Assembly (NCBI GenBank): GCA_965219425.1
Contig: OZ244741.1
Coordinates: 2,077,330 to 2,141,329 of the forward strand
Source: Dehalococcoidia bacterium
GTDB taxonomy: Bacteria; Chloroflexota; Dehalococcoidia; Lucifugimonadales; Australimonadaceae
Direction of reading: 5' to 3'
Length of the DNA stretch: 64,000 nt
The position numbers and the translations under genes are program-made. Under the pieces are notes generated by a model. That model had not been told where the DNA came from and searched no databases. It saw only the letters and a program-made list of their open reading frames with translations. This document shows, one piece after another, positions 35,251 to 44,177 of the stretch (position 1 is the stretch's first letter; every line of letters begins with the position of its first letter).

Positions 35251-35280
35251 TTGACATAACCGACAATTCTATGTCATAAT
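35251..35280 (+). promoter_or_regulatory. sigma70-like promoter TTGACA-18-CATAAT containing inverted repeat GACATA/TATGTC
   Basis: TTGACA 35251-35256. CATAAT 35275-35280. GACATA (35253-35258) and TATGTC (35270-35275) are inverted repeats. Confidence 0.45.
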
Positions 35281-35317
35281 AACGTCACACACCTAGCATA
35301 GACCCGACACCTCCTAG

Positions 35318-36994
35318 CAGTGCGGACGAGCCGCCGGAGCAACCCTTGCCCGGCGGCTCTTTTCGTTCCTCCGGGCGCGAAAGGAGGACCCCATCAAACG
35401 CCCACCCGCCAAGGACGCCCCCATCGACCTCTCGCCCTATCGCGACGACCCCCTCGGGTTCGTCAAAGACATCCTCTCCGGATCAGGAGCCCCCTACGCC
35501 AAGCAGGAAGAGCTCCTCAACGCCCTCATCACCGACAAGCGACGCGTCTCCGTCGTCGGCTGCAACTCCTCCGGCAAGGACTGGGCCGCCGCTCGCGCCA
35601 TCCTCTGGTGGATCGAGACACGACCCAAAGCCAAGGTCATCGTCACCGGCCCCACCCTCCGACAGGTCAAGGAGATCGTCTGGGAGGAGTTGCGCGCCGC
35701 CCACGCCCCCGCCAAACACCGGCTCTCCAGCAAGGTCCGCGTCGGCGAGTACCGCGCGGGCCCCGACCGCGTCGGCCTCTGCCTCACCTCCAACAACCAG
35801 CACAACCTCCAGGGCTTCCACTCCCCGGAGCTCCTCGTCATCGTCACCGAGGCCCAAGGCGTCAAGCAGCCCTACTTCGAGGCCCTCAAGCGCCTCAATC
35901 CCAAGAAGATGCTCCTCCTCGGCAATCCCCTCTCCCTCACGGGCGAGTTCTACGACTCCCACCACGGCAAGAGCCCCCTGTACGAGCGCGTATCCATCTC
36001 CGCCTACGACTCCCCCAACGTCCGCGAGGGTTGTCTCGACGCCCTGCCCGGCCTCGTGACGCCCGAGGACGTGGAGGAGCGGCGGCGGGAGTGGGGCGAG
36101 GACTCGCCGCTCTACATCGCGTCGGTCCTCGGCCGGTTCCCCGAGGCCCTCGAAGACTCCCTCACCTCCCGTCCCCACGTAGACGCCGCCATCGAACGCT
36201 GGCGCCGCGAGTCCCCAGACCTCTCCGCGCAGGCGGGAATCCAGAGTGGCCGACAGGCCACGCACCCCCTCCCGCCCGCGGGGATGGGCAACACAACCTC
36301 TCCCCCGTCTGCGGGGGAGGCGGGGGAGACTGAGAGGGGGCCGTCTGCGGGGGAGGGGTTGGGGGAGGGGGGCTCGTCTGCGGGAGACCATGAAACCCCT
36401 CTCCCGTCTGCGGGGGAGGCCGGGAGGGGGGACCTCATACCGCCCAGCGACGGCCCCCACCTCAACCAGCCCTGGCGCATGGGCGTGGACGTGGCGCGAT
36501 TCGGCAACGACAAGTCCGTCATCTGCCTCCGCCGCGGCGACCGCGTCGAGCGCCTCATCACCTTCGAGCGCAAGGACACCATGCGCCTCGCCGACGAGGT
36601 CCGCGAGCTTGCCGAGACCCTGCGCGTCCCCGCCGTCTTCGTCGACGAGACGGGCGTCGGCGGTGGCGTGGTCGACCGGCTCAAGCAGCTGCGCGTCCCG
36701 GTGATCGGCGTCGAGGGCGGCGGCAAGGCCTATCGCCCCGCCCAGTTCGCCGACATGCGCGCCGAGGTCTTCTGGGAGGTGGCGCGGCGCCTGCGCGAGG
36801 GCCAGATGTCCCTCCCGCCCGACGACGAGCTGGCGGGCCAGCTCTTGGCGCAGCGGTACGACCTCTCCACCGCGGGACGCATCCGCCTGGAGAGCAAGGC
36901 CAAGCTGCGCCGCCACGGCGTCCCCTCCCCCGACAAGGCCGACGCCCTCGCCCTCGCCTTCATGGAGCCCCCCAACATGAACATCTGGTTCTGA
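35318..36994 (+). pseudogene. phage terminase large subunit (TerL) lacking a canonical start codon; orphan
   Basis: The frame is open from 35318 and encodes VVGCNSSGKDW (Walker A) before the first ATG/GTG/TTG at 35690. AAGGAGG (35381-35387) is followed by ATC at 35393. The C-terminus has the RNaseH-like nuclease motif GVDVARFGNDKSV...FVDETGVGGGV. No portal or terS genes nearby. Confidence 0.75.
36215..36445. repeat. cluster of REP-like elements inside the terminase ORF
   Basis: CCGCGCAGGCGGGAATCCAG (type B) followed by four copies related to CCGTCTGCGGGGGAGG (type A). Translated as SAQAGIQ and PSAGEAG repeats. Confidence 0.7.
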
Positions 36995-37028
36995 TGCCTT
37001 CAACAGTAGACGCCCGCGCCCTGCTAGA

Positions 37029-38714
37029 ATGGCTGCGAGTAATTTCGTGTCTGACCGCATTCTCATCGCGGTCGCTTGGCCCTACGCCAACGGCCCTCTT
37101 CACCTTGGCCACCTGGCAGGCAACTTCCTGCCGGCGGACATCTTCGCGCGCTACCAGCGACTCCGTGGGAACCAGGTCCTCATGGTCTCGGGCAGCGACT
37201 CACACGGCGCGCCCATCACTATGCGAGCCGACGCCGAGGGCGTCTCCCCCCGCGAGGTCGTCGAACGGCACCACGCCACCTTCCTCGACGCATGGGAACG
37301 GCTCGGCATCTCCTTCGACCTCTTCACCTCGACCATGACCGACACCCACCTCGAGGTCGTGCACGAACTTTGGCGCACTCTCCAAGAGCGCGGCTACATC
37401 TATCAGGACTCGATGAAGGTCGCCTACTCCCCGGACTTCGACCGCTTCCTCCCCGACCGGTACGTGCGCGGAACCTGTCCGGTCTGTGCGTTCGACGACG
37501 CTCGCGGCGATCAGTGCGACAACTGCGGCTCGATACTCGATCCGGTCGACCTGGGCAGCCCGACTCACGTCCACGACGGCAAGCGCTACCCCATCGAGGT
37601 CCGCGACGCCGAGCATATGTTCCTCAAGCTCAGCGCATTCCGCGATCAGCTCGAGGCGTGGGTCGAGCCGCAAGCGCACTGGCGGGCCAATGTCCGCAAC
37701 TTCACCCTCGGCATCCTCAGGGAAGGCCTCAAGGACCGAGCGGTCACCCGCAATCTCGACTGGGGCCTCCCCGTCCCCGTCGACGGCTACGACGACCGCC
37801 GCATCTACGTGTGGTTCGAGGCCGTCATCGGCTATCTCTCCGCAAGCGTTGAGTGGGCCAGGCGCTCCGGCGACCCGGAGGCGTGGCGGCCCTTCTGGCA
37901 AGACCCCTCGACCAGGTCGTACTACTTCATGGGCAAGGACAACATACCCTTCCACACGCTGATCTGGCCCGCGATCCTGATGGGGCAGGGCGTCTATAAC
38001 CTGCCCTACGACGTGCCTGCGAACGAGTTCTTGAATCTCGAGGGGCGCCAGCTCTCGACCAGCCGGAACTGGGCCGTCTGGGTCCCCGACTATCTCGACA
38101 GGTTCCCGCCCGACCCCCTCCGGTACTACCTCGCCGCCACCCTGCCGGAGACCGGCGATTCCGACTTCTCTTGGGCCGACTACGTCCGCCGCAACAACGA
38201 CGAGCTCGTGGCGACGTTCGGCAACCTCGTCCACCGCACGCTCACCCAGGTCTATCGGAACTTCGACGGCGCCACGCCCGACCCCGGCGAGCTGACCGCG
38301 GAGGACGACGCGCTCGTCCGGAAGGCCGACGAGACCCTCGACTCCGTCGCCAAGAGCCTGGAGGCGGTGCGCTTGCGCGAGGGACTCAGCGGCGCGATGG
38401 CCCTCGCCCGCGAAGCGAACCGCTACCTGGACGCTCAGGCCCCGTGGCAACGGATCAAGACGGACAAGCCCGCCGCCGGCCGCGCGCTCTACACCACGAT
38501 GCACGTGCTCATGGCCCTGCGCGTCGTCCTCTGTCCCTACCTGCCGTTCAGCGCCCAGCGACTGCAAGAGCTCCTCGGCCAAAGCGGCGACGTCCGGGAA
38601 GCCGGTTGGCGTATCGACGCTCCGACTCCCGGCCAACCAATACCCCAGCCGCAGCCCCTGTTCACGAAGCTCGACGACGCGGTGGCGGAAGAGATGCGAG
38701 CCAAGCTCGGCTAG
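37029..38714 (+). CDS. metG: methionine--tRNA ligase
   Basis: WPYANGPLHLGHLAG (HIGH region), zinc knuckle CPVC...CDNCG, KDNIPFH, and a KMSKS-equivalent region. Confidence 0.95.
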   Translation: MAASNFVSDRILIAVAWPYANGPLHLGHLAGNFLPADIFARYQRLRGNQVLMVSGSDSHGAPITMRADAEGVSPREVVERHHATFLDAWERLGISFDLFTSTMTDTHLEVVHELWRTLQERGYIYQDSMKVAYSPDFDRFLPDRYVRGTCPVCAFDDARGDQCDNCGSILDPVDLGSPTHVHDGKRYPIEVRDAEHMFLKLSAFRDQLEAWVEPQAHWRANVRNFTLGILREGLKDRAVTRNLDWGLPVPVDGYDDRRIYVWFEAVIGYLSASVEWARRSGDPEAWRPFWQDPSTRSYYFMGKDNIPFHTLIWPAILMGQGVYNLPYDVPANEFLNLEGRQLSTSRNWAVWVPDYLDRFPPDPLRYYLAATLPETGDSDFSWADYVRRNNDELVATFGNLVHRTLTQVYRNFDGATPDPGELTAEDDALVRKADETLDSVAKSLEAVRLREGLSGAMALAREANRYLDAQAPWQRIKTDKPAAGRALYTTMHVLMALRVVLCPYLPFSAQRLQELLGQSGDVREAGWRIDAPTPGQPIPQPQPLFTKLDDAVAEEMRAKLG

Positions 38715-38727
38715 GACGCGCAGCAGC

Positions 38728-39741
38728 ATGATCGATACGCAGACAACGCAAGACCTGAGCGATACGGCGCGCTTCATCGCCGAACCCGTGGCGGGCGACC
38801 TCGACCGGGTCGTCGCGAACATGAAGACCCTCGCCGAGGAGTCGGGCCTAGCCGGCGACGACATGGTCGCCCAAGCCGTCGTCAGCGGCGGGAAGAAGGT
38901 CCGCCCAACCGTCACGCTGCTCGCAGGCGCGTTGCGCTCCACCTCCCTCGGCTCCCCAGAGCAAGACCGGCTCGTCAAGATGGCTACGGCCGTCGAGCTC
39001 CTGCACATCGCGTCGCTCATCCACGACGACACCGTCGATAAGGCGGACACCCGGCGTGGACAAGCGACCGTCAGCAGCATGTTCGGTCCCGACGTCGCGG
39101 TGCTGCTGGGCGACTACGTATTCGCGGCGTCGGCAACCTTCGTATGCGACACGGGAAACATCCGAGTCATCCGCCGCTTCTCCGAGACAATCATGGAGCT
39201 GGCGCGCGGCGAGCTCGCGGAACGCTTCAGCACGCACGACTGGTCCCAGTCCATCGACGACTACAAAAGGCGCATCTACGACAAGACGGCGTCGCTCATC
39301 TGCACGGCCGCCGAGTCGGGCGGAGTGCTGAGCGGGGCGCCGGAGGAGCAGAACCAGGCGCTGCGCTCCTTCGGCTACAACGTCGGCATGGCGTTTCAGA
39401 TCGTCGACGACGTGCTCGATTTCACGAGCAGCGAGGAGGAGCTGGGCAAGCCCGCAGGCAACGACTTGCTCCAGGGCACGCTCACGCTGCCGGCCCTGCT
39501 GTTCGCGGAGCGCCACCCGCGCGAGGCCGTCGTCAAGCGGCTGCTCGACGGGAGCCGCGACGAGGCGGACCTCCACGCGATGGTGGCCCACATCCGCGAA
39601 TCGAGCGCCATCGACGAGTCCCTCGCGGCCCTCGACGGCTACCGGAACGCGGCGCGCGCAGCCCTCTCGCTCCTCCCCAACGCACGCCCTCGCGAGTCCC
39701 TGGAAGCCCTGATCGACTTCGTGACCGACCGCCGGAACTAG
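38728..39741 (+). CDS. polyprenyl diphosphate synthase (IspB/HepT-like)
   Basis: LLHIASLIHDDTVDKADTRRG (FARM) and FQIVDDVLDF (SARM). Confidence 0.9.
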   Translation: MIDTQTTQDLSDTARFIAEPVAGDLDRVVANMKTLAEESGLAGDDMVAQAVVSGGKKVRPTVTLLAGALRSTSLGSPEQDRLVKMATAVELLHIASLIHDDTVDKADTRRGQATVSSMFGPDVAVLLGDYVFAASATFVCDTGNIRVIRRFSETIMELARGELAERFSTHDWSQSIDDYKRRIYDKTASLICTAAESGGVLSGAPEEQNQALRSFGYNVGMAFQIVDDVLDFTSSEEELGKPAGNDLLQGTLTLPALLFAERHPREAVVKRLLDGSRDEADLHAMVAHIRESSAIDESLAALDGYRNAARAALSLLPNARPRESLEALIDFVTDRRN

Positions 39742-39743
39742 CC

Positions 39744-40961
39744 CTAACCGGCTGTGAACTTCGCCGCCTCTTCGGAGCCGCCTGTAGCGTCCCCTTCGCT
39801 GTAGGAGTGAGCTCCCGTCCCGGCGAGGGCGCCTCCCTGCACGATGAGATACTCCTCTCTGATAGGCCGTCCATCCAGCCAGCACTCCAGAATCTCGCGG
39901 ACCCCGGCCGCGTAGCGGGCCTGGGCCGAAAGGGACGTGCCCGAGGTGTGCGGGGTCATAGCGTGGTTGGGCATCGACCTCCAAGGGTGGTCATTGGGAG
40001 GCGGCTGAGGGAACCAAACGTCGCCCGCATACCCCGCCAACTGGCCGCTTTCGAGCGCTCGAACGATTGCGTCCCGGTCGCAGATCTTCCCGCGGGCGGT
40101 GTTGACGATGTAGGACCCGCGCTTCATCTTGCCGATGAGCGCGTCGTTGAACATGTTCTCCGTCTCGGGATGCAGAGGACAGTGGATGCTGACCACGTCG
40201 CACACGCTGACCAGCGACTCGACGTTTTCATGGAACGTCAGGCCCAGCTCCTGCTCGAGCTCGGGGGCAAGCCGATGCCTGTCGGTGTAGTGGAGCTTGA
40301 CGTCGAAAGGCTTCATCCGTTTCAGGACTCCTAGGCCGATCCTTCCCGCCGCCACCACGCCTACGTCCATTCCCTCGATATCGTATGACCTGGAAACGGC
40401 GTCGGCGATGTTCCAGCCGCCCCTGACCACCCAGCCGTACTGGGGGATGTAGTCCCTCACCAGCGCCAGCATCTGCATGACCGCATGCTCCGCGACGCTC
40501 ACGCTATTGCACCAGGTCACTTCGCATACGGTGATGTTCCTGTCGATGGCCGATTGCAGGTCGACGTGATCCGAGCCGATGCCGGCGGTGATGGCCAGCT
40601 TGAGCCTGGGGGCCTTCTCGATCCGCTCGGCAGTCAGGTACCCCGGCCAGAACGGCTGGGAGATGACCACGTCCGCGTCGGCCAGCTCCCGTTCGAAAAC
40701 GGAATCAGGCCCATCTTTGTCCGACGTAACGACGAACCGACACCCCCATTCAGTCAGGAACCGCTCCAGCCCAAGTCCGCCGGACACGGACCCCAACAGG
40801 TGGCCGGCCGTGAAGTCGATGGCGGTAGGCGTAGGCAAAGGCTGCCCGTCCGGATAGTGAGTGAGGTGGGGTATTCCCCCGCGGGCGTAGTTCGGAGGAA
40901 ACCCGGACGCCGGATCGGCATAAAGAACGCAAAGCACTTTCTGTGCAGCGAGTTGACTCAT
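39744..40961 (-). CDS. fdh: NAD+-dependent formate dehydrogenase
   Basis: KVLCVLY...TSDKDGPDSVFERELADADVVISQPFWP...GIGSDHVDLQSAIDRNITV...GDVWFPQPPPNDHPWR...IVQGGALAGTGAHSYS is near-colinear with the classical Pseudomonas sp. 101 FDH as I recall it. Start at the internal ATG 40961. Confidence 0.92.
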   Translation of the reverse strand: MSQLAAQKVLCVLYADPASGFPPNYARGGIPHLTHYPDGQPLPTPTAIDFTAGHLLGSVSGGLGLERFLTEWGCRFVVTSDKDGPDSVFERELADADVVISQPFWPGYLTAERIEKAPRLKLAITAGIGSDHVDLQSAIDRNITVCEVTWCNSVSVAEHAVMQMLALVRDYIPQYGWVVRGGWNIADAVSRSYDIEGMDVGVVAAGRIGLGVLKRMKPFDVKLHYTDRHRLAPELEQELGLTFHENVESLVSVCDVVSIHCPLHPETENMFNDALIGKMKRGSYIVNTARGKICDRDAIVRALESGQLAGYAGDVWFPQPPPNDHPWRSMPNHAMTPHTSGTSLSAQARYAAGVREILECWLDGRPIREEYLIVQGGALAGTGAHSYSEGDATGGSEEAAKFTAG

Positions 40962-41000
40962 ATTGGACCCTCCATCCATCCGGCTCCCCACGGCCATTTC

Positions 41001-41888
41001 CTATCGAATCGGCTCCAACCTGGCCGCTGCGCGCTGCTCGCCGGCGTGGTAGGAGGAGCGCACCAGCGGCCCCGAAGCAACGTGGCGAAAGCCCATCTCG
41101 TACCCGGCTTGCTCCAACACTGCGAACTCGCGGGGATGGTAGAAGCGGTCCATCTCGACGTGCTGCGGCGACGGGCGCAGGTACTGGCCGATGGTCAGCA
41201 GCTGTACGCCGACGCCGCGCAGATCGCGCATCGTCTCCAGCGCCTCATCCGTCGTCTCCCCCAAGCCGACCATCATGCCGCTCTTGGTCGGGACGTGGGG
41301 CGCGATTTCGCGCGCCCTCGCCAGCACGTCGAGCGAGAGGTCGTAGTCGCCCTTGGCTCGCACGCTCTTGAACACACGGCGCACGGTCTCGATGTTGTGG
41401 TTGAAGACGGCGGGACCGGCGTCCAACACGGAGCGGAGCGCCGCCTCGTCGCCCGCGAAATCAGGCGTCAGCACCTCGACCTCGCACCCCGGAATAAGGC
41501 GGCCCACCTGCCGGATGCACTCGGCGAAGATGAACGCCCCGCCGTCCGCTAGGTCGTCCCGGTCGACGGAGGTGATGACGCAGTACTCGAGGCCGAGGCC
41601 TGCGACCGTCCTGGCGAGCCGCGCCGGCTCTTCGAGGTCGAGGGCCGCCGGCTTCCCGCTGGTGACGGCGCAGTAGCGGCAGGCGCGGGTGCAGATGTCG
41701 CCGAGCACCATGAACGTCGCGGACTTCCGCTCCCAGCAGTCGCCGATGTTCGGGCATCGTGCCTCTTCGCAGACGGTGTGCAGCTCCGCCGTCCGCAGCA
41801 GACGCCGCATCTGTAGGTAGCTCTCTCCCCCCGGCCAGGGGACCTTCAACCATTCGGGAAGCCGTCGTGGGGGTTGCGCGGTGGTCAT
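41001..41888 (-). CDS. lipA: lipoyl synthase
   Basis: CEEARCPNIGDCW and CTRACRYCAV radical-SAM/auxiliary clusters. Confidence 0.95.
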   Translation of the reverse strand: MTTAQPPRRLPEWLKVPWPGGESYLQMRRLLRTAELHTVCEEARCPNIGDCWERKSATFMVLGDICTRACRYCAVTSGKPAALDLEEPARLARTVAGLGLEYCVITSVDRDDLADGGAFIFAECIRQVGRLIPGCEVEVLTPDFAGDEAALRSVLDAGPAVFNHNIETVRRVFKSVRAKGDYDLSLDVLARAREIAPHVPTKSGMMVGLGETTDEALETMRDLRGVGVQLLTIGQYLRPSPQHVEMDRFYHPREFAVLEQAGYEMGFRHVASGPLVRSSYHAGEQRAAARLEPIR

Positions 41889-42004
41889 GGAGATATGCTA
41901 GCAGAGCAGGCTCCCGCGGGAGGGGCAGGGAACGAGCCGCAGTAGGGCGAGGTCTTCGTTGTGCTACTTTGAGCACACGCATCGCGCCCAAGGAGAGTAG
42001 GGAC

Positions 42005-42250
42005 ATGGCGACCTCAGTCCGGCTATCGCCCGAGGTGGAGCAGCGACTCGCTTTCTTAGCGTCCCAGACCGGGCGCACCAAGGCCTTCTATCTGCGGGAA
42101 ATCATCGAGCAAGGAATCGAAGACTTGGAGGACCACTACCTGGCCGCGGACGTGCTCGAGCGCGTCCGCAAGGGCCAAGAGCAAACGCACGCCGCCACGG
42201 ACGTGAGAAGAGCGCTTGGCCTGGTATCCCTCGACAGTCTCTTTGCCTAA
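42005..42250 (+). CDS. ribbon-helix-helix antitoxin (RelB/ParD/CopG-like), no adjacent toxin
   Basis: MATSVRLSPEVEQRLAFLASQTGRTKAFYLREIIEQGIEDLED is a typical RHH N-terminus. Internal ATG after GGAGAG. Confidence 0.7.
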   Translation: MATSVRLSPEVEQRLAFLASQTGRTKAFYLREIIEQGIEDLEDHYLAADVLERVRKGQEQTHAATDVRRALGLVSLDSLFA

Positions 42251-42257
42251 CGCGCTG

Positions 42258-43892
42258 CTAAGGCGATAGCGGCTCCTCGTGGAACCTGAACGTGTAGAGA
42301 ATGGTGTCCGTCTCCTTCTCCCAGTTCTCGTATTCCTGCCCGTAACGCTCGCGGTGCTCCGGCCACGTCGTAACCCATAGCAGGTGCCACACCGAGCCGC
42401 CGTCAATGACCATGAAACGGCTCCTCTCGGTAAAGTCCTCACTGGAACTGGTGATGGTGAAGTCCTGCTCCCATGACAAGTCGCTGCCACGGCAGACTTC
42501 CCGCACACCTCTCTGTAGACCGACCTCGTAACCGACTTCCTCCGAGACCCAGTAGGTGAGCACAGCGCCTATTAGTTCCTCAGCGCTGGCGAAGGCACCC
42601 TTACGAAATGGGTTGTAGACCAGGACGTTCGACGGCCACCGCGACCGGACATCCAATGACCACTGCCCAGCGCCGCTTCGGTAGAAAGTCGTCCCCCCCT
42701 CATGCTCGATGGCTTCGTACCTATTCGGCACTTGCACGAACCAGCCCCAATCATCGTTGCGGTAGGTAGTCTCCGGGTTGGTGGCGGCGGCGGTGAGCGT
42801 GGGCTGCGGCTGGCAGACGACCTCGCGGCCAATCATCCTGTCCATGAGGACTGCGCCGTCTTCGATGAGGCTGCCGAAACTCACCCCCTCGACCCGCACA
42901 TCAACAAGTTTGGCGGTGGCTATGGCCCCTATCCGCCCGTCCTCGGTGATGAGGGGCGCGCCGGAGTCGCCGGGGTTGACCGCGCTGTCGGTCTGCACCA
43001 GCGCCGGATCCGTGCGCGTCGGCTCCAGGAACGCGGAGATGATGCCCCGCGTAACGCCGACGCCGCCTTGAAGGCTGACCCCATACCCTAGCTTGACGAG
43101 CGTTTGCCCTATCTGCAGCGAGTCCGGGTCGGCGAATGGGACAGGCGCAAGTCCTGTTCGCGGAATGTTGACGATAGCCAAGTCCCGGCCGATATCCCTT
43201 CCCAGCACTTCAGCGGATTCCTTGGACCCGTCGCTGAACTCGACGGTGATCTCGGCGGCACCTTGGACGACGTGGTAGGCCGTCAGCACCATCCCATCTT
43301 CCCTTACCACAACGCCGGAACCCTGGCCTTCGTCAGCTTCGATTCGGACGACGCTCTGGCTCACGGCAGCAACGATGTCTTCGATACTGGGTGTGGGCGT
43401 GGGCGTCGGTGTTGGTGTAAAGGTGGCGGTGGGCTCCGGCGTGGGCGTGGGCGTGGGTGTCGGTGTTGGTGTAAAGGTGGCGGTCGGCTCCGGCGTGGGC
43501 GTGAGGGTCGCGGTGGGCACCGGCGTGGGAGTCGCGGTGGGCTCAGGTGTGGGAGTCGGAGTGGGCTCGGGTGTTGGAGTTGGTGTAGCAGTGGGCACGG
43601 GTGTCGGCGTAGGGGTGGGCTCAGGCGTCAGCGTGGGGGTGGGCTCAGGGGTTGGCGTGAGCGTGGGAGTAGGCTCAGGCGTGGGAGTCGCGGTGGGCGT
43701 TGACGTTGGAGTGGGCGTGGGTATCGGTGACGGCGTGGGCGTCGCCGTTGGGAGTTGGGCCGTGGCCGTTGCGGCAATCGCCGCGTCCACCGTCGCCTGC
43801 ACATTGGGAGTCGGAGGGGTTGCCTGCGCGCACCCGGCGCTTAACAGCGTGAGTGCGACGAGCGCAAGGAACAGGGCCACGGACTGGCGCAT
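42258..43892 (-). CDS. secreted trypsin-like serine protease (S1C-like) with Pro/Thr-rich linker and unknown C-terminal domain
   Basis: Signal peptide/lipobox [28 protein letters not shown] and NPGDSGAPL form the catalytic triad context. Confidence 0.8.
   Translation of the reverse strand: MRQSVALFLALVALTLLSAGCAQATPPTPNVQATVDAAIAATATAQLPTATPTPSPIPTPTPTSTPTATPTPEPTPTLTPTPEPTPTLTPEPTPTPTPVPTATPTPTPEPTPTPTPEPTATPTPVPTATLTPTPEPTATFTPTPTPTPTPTPEPTATFTPTPTPTPTPSIEDIVAAVSQSVVRIEADEGQGSGVVVREDGMVLTAYHVVQGAAEITVEFSDGSKESAEVLGRDIGRDLAIVNIPRTGLAPVPFADPDSLQIGQTLVKLGYGVSLQGGVGVTRGIISAFLEPTRTDPALVQTDSAVNPGDSGAPLITEDGRIGAIATAKLVDVRVEGVSFGSLIEDGAVLMDRMIGREVVCQPQPTLTAAATNPETTYRNDDWGWFVQVPNRYEAIEHEGGTTFYRSGAGQWSLDVRSRWPSNVLVYNPFRKGAFASAEELIGAVLTYWVSEEVGYEVGLQRGVREVCRGSDLSWEQDFTITSSSEDFTERSRFMVIDGGSVWHLLWVTTWPEHRERYGQEYENWEKETDTILYTFRFHEEPLSP
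43390..43740. repeat. degenerate tandem repeats encoding the (T/E)PTP linker
   Basis: Repeated ggtgtgggcgtggg / ggctccggcgtgggcgt units on the plus strand. In-frame within the protease gene. Confidence 0.7.
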
Positions 43893-44094
43893 ACGAGGAA
43901 CCCCCTTGCGACATGAACTCGGTGCTTTGCCAAAAGTCCGCGTTCAGCGAGGCCGACAAGGGGGCAGGACGCCCCAAGTCGTGTCGATCGCTTGTTCCTC
44001 CATCGAGGGGGGGACTTTTGGCAGGGGGGAGTATAGCAAGGGGCGGCGTTGACAGCGCGGAATCCCTATGCTAACCCGTCCCGTGACGGGTTGA

Positions 44095-44156
44095 GGTCCC
44101 GCCTACGCGGGATGACGGGGACCCCCACCCTGGGCCTCCCCCGCAGACGGGAGAGG
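44095..44156. repeat. REP-like elements, type B then type A
   Basis: GGTCCCGCCTACGCGGGATGACGG (44095-44118) and CCTCCCCCGCAGACGGGAGAGG (44135-44156). Confidence 0.6.
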
Positions 44157-44177
44157 GAATTCCAAGGAGGCGGCGCC

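Noticed and set aside
35320-36333. 337-aa and 237-aa Pro/Arg/Ser-rich ORFs overlapping the terminase region
   Set aside because: They are off-frame translations of the TerL sequence. Only the frame opening at 35318 carries terminase motifs.
36995-37030. T-box or other riboswitch leader for metG
   Set aside because: Only 34 nt separate the terminase stop from the metG start, which is too short for any known leader.
43380-43760. Regularly repeated GC-rich units that might be mistaken for a CRISPR array
   Set aside because: The units are contiguous, degenerate and in frame, coding a PT-rich linker inside a protease gene. There is no repeat-spacer architecture and there are no cas genes.
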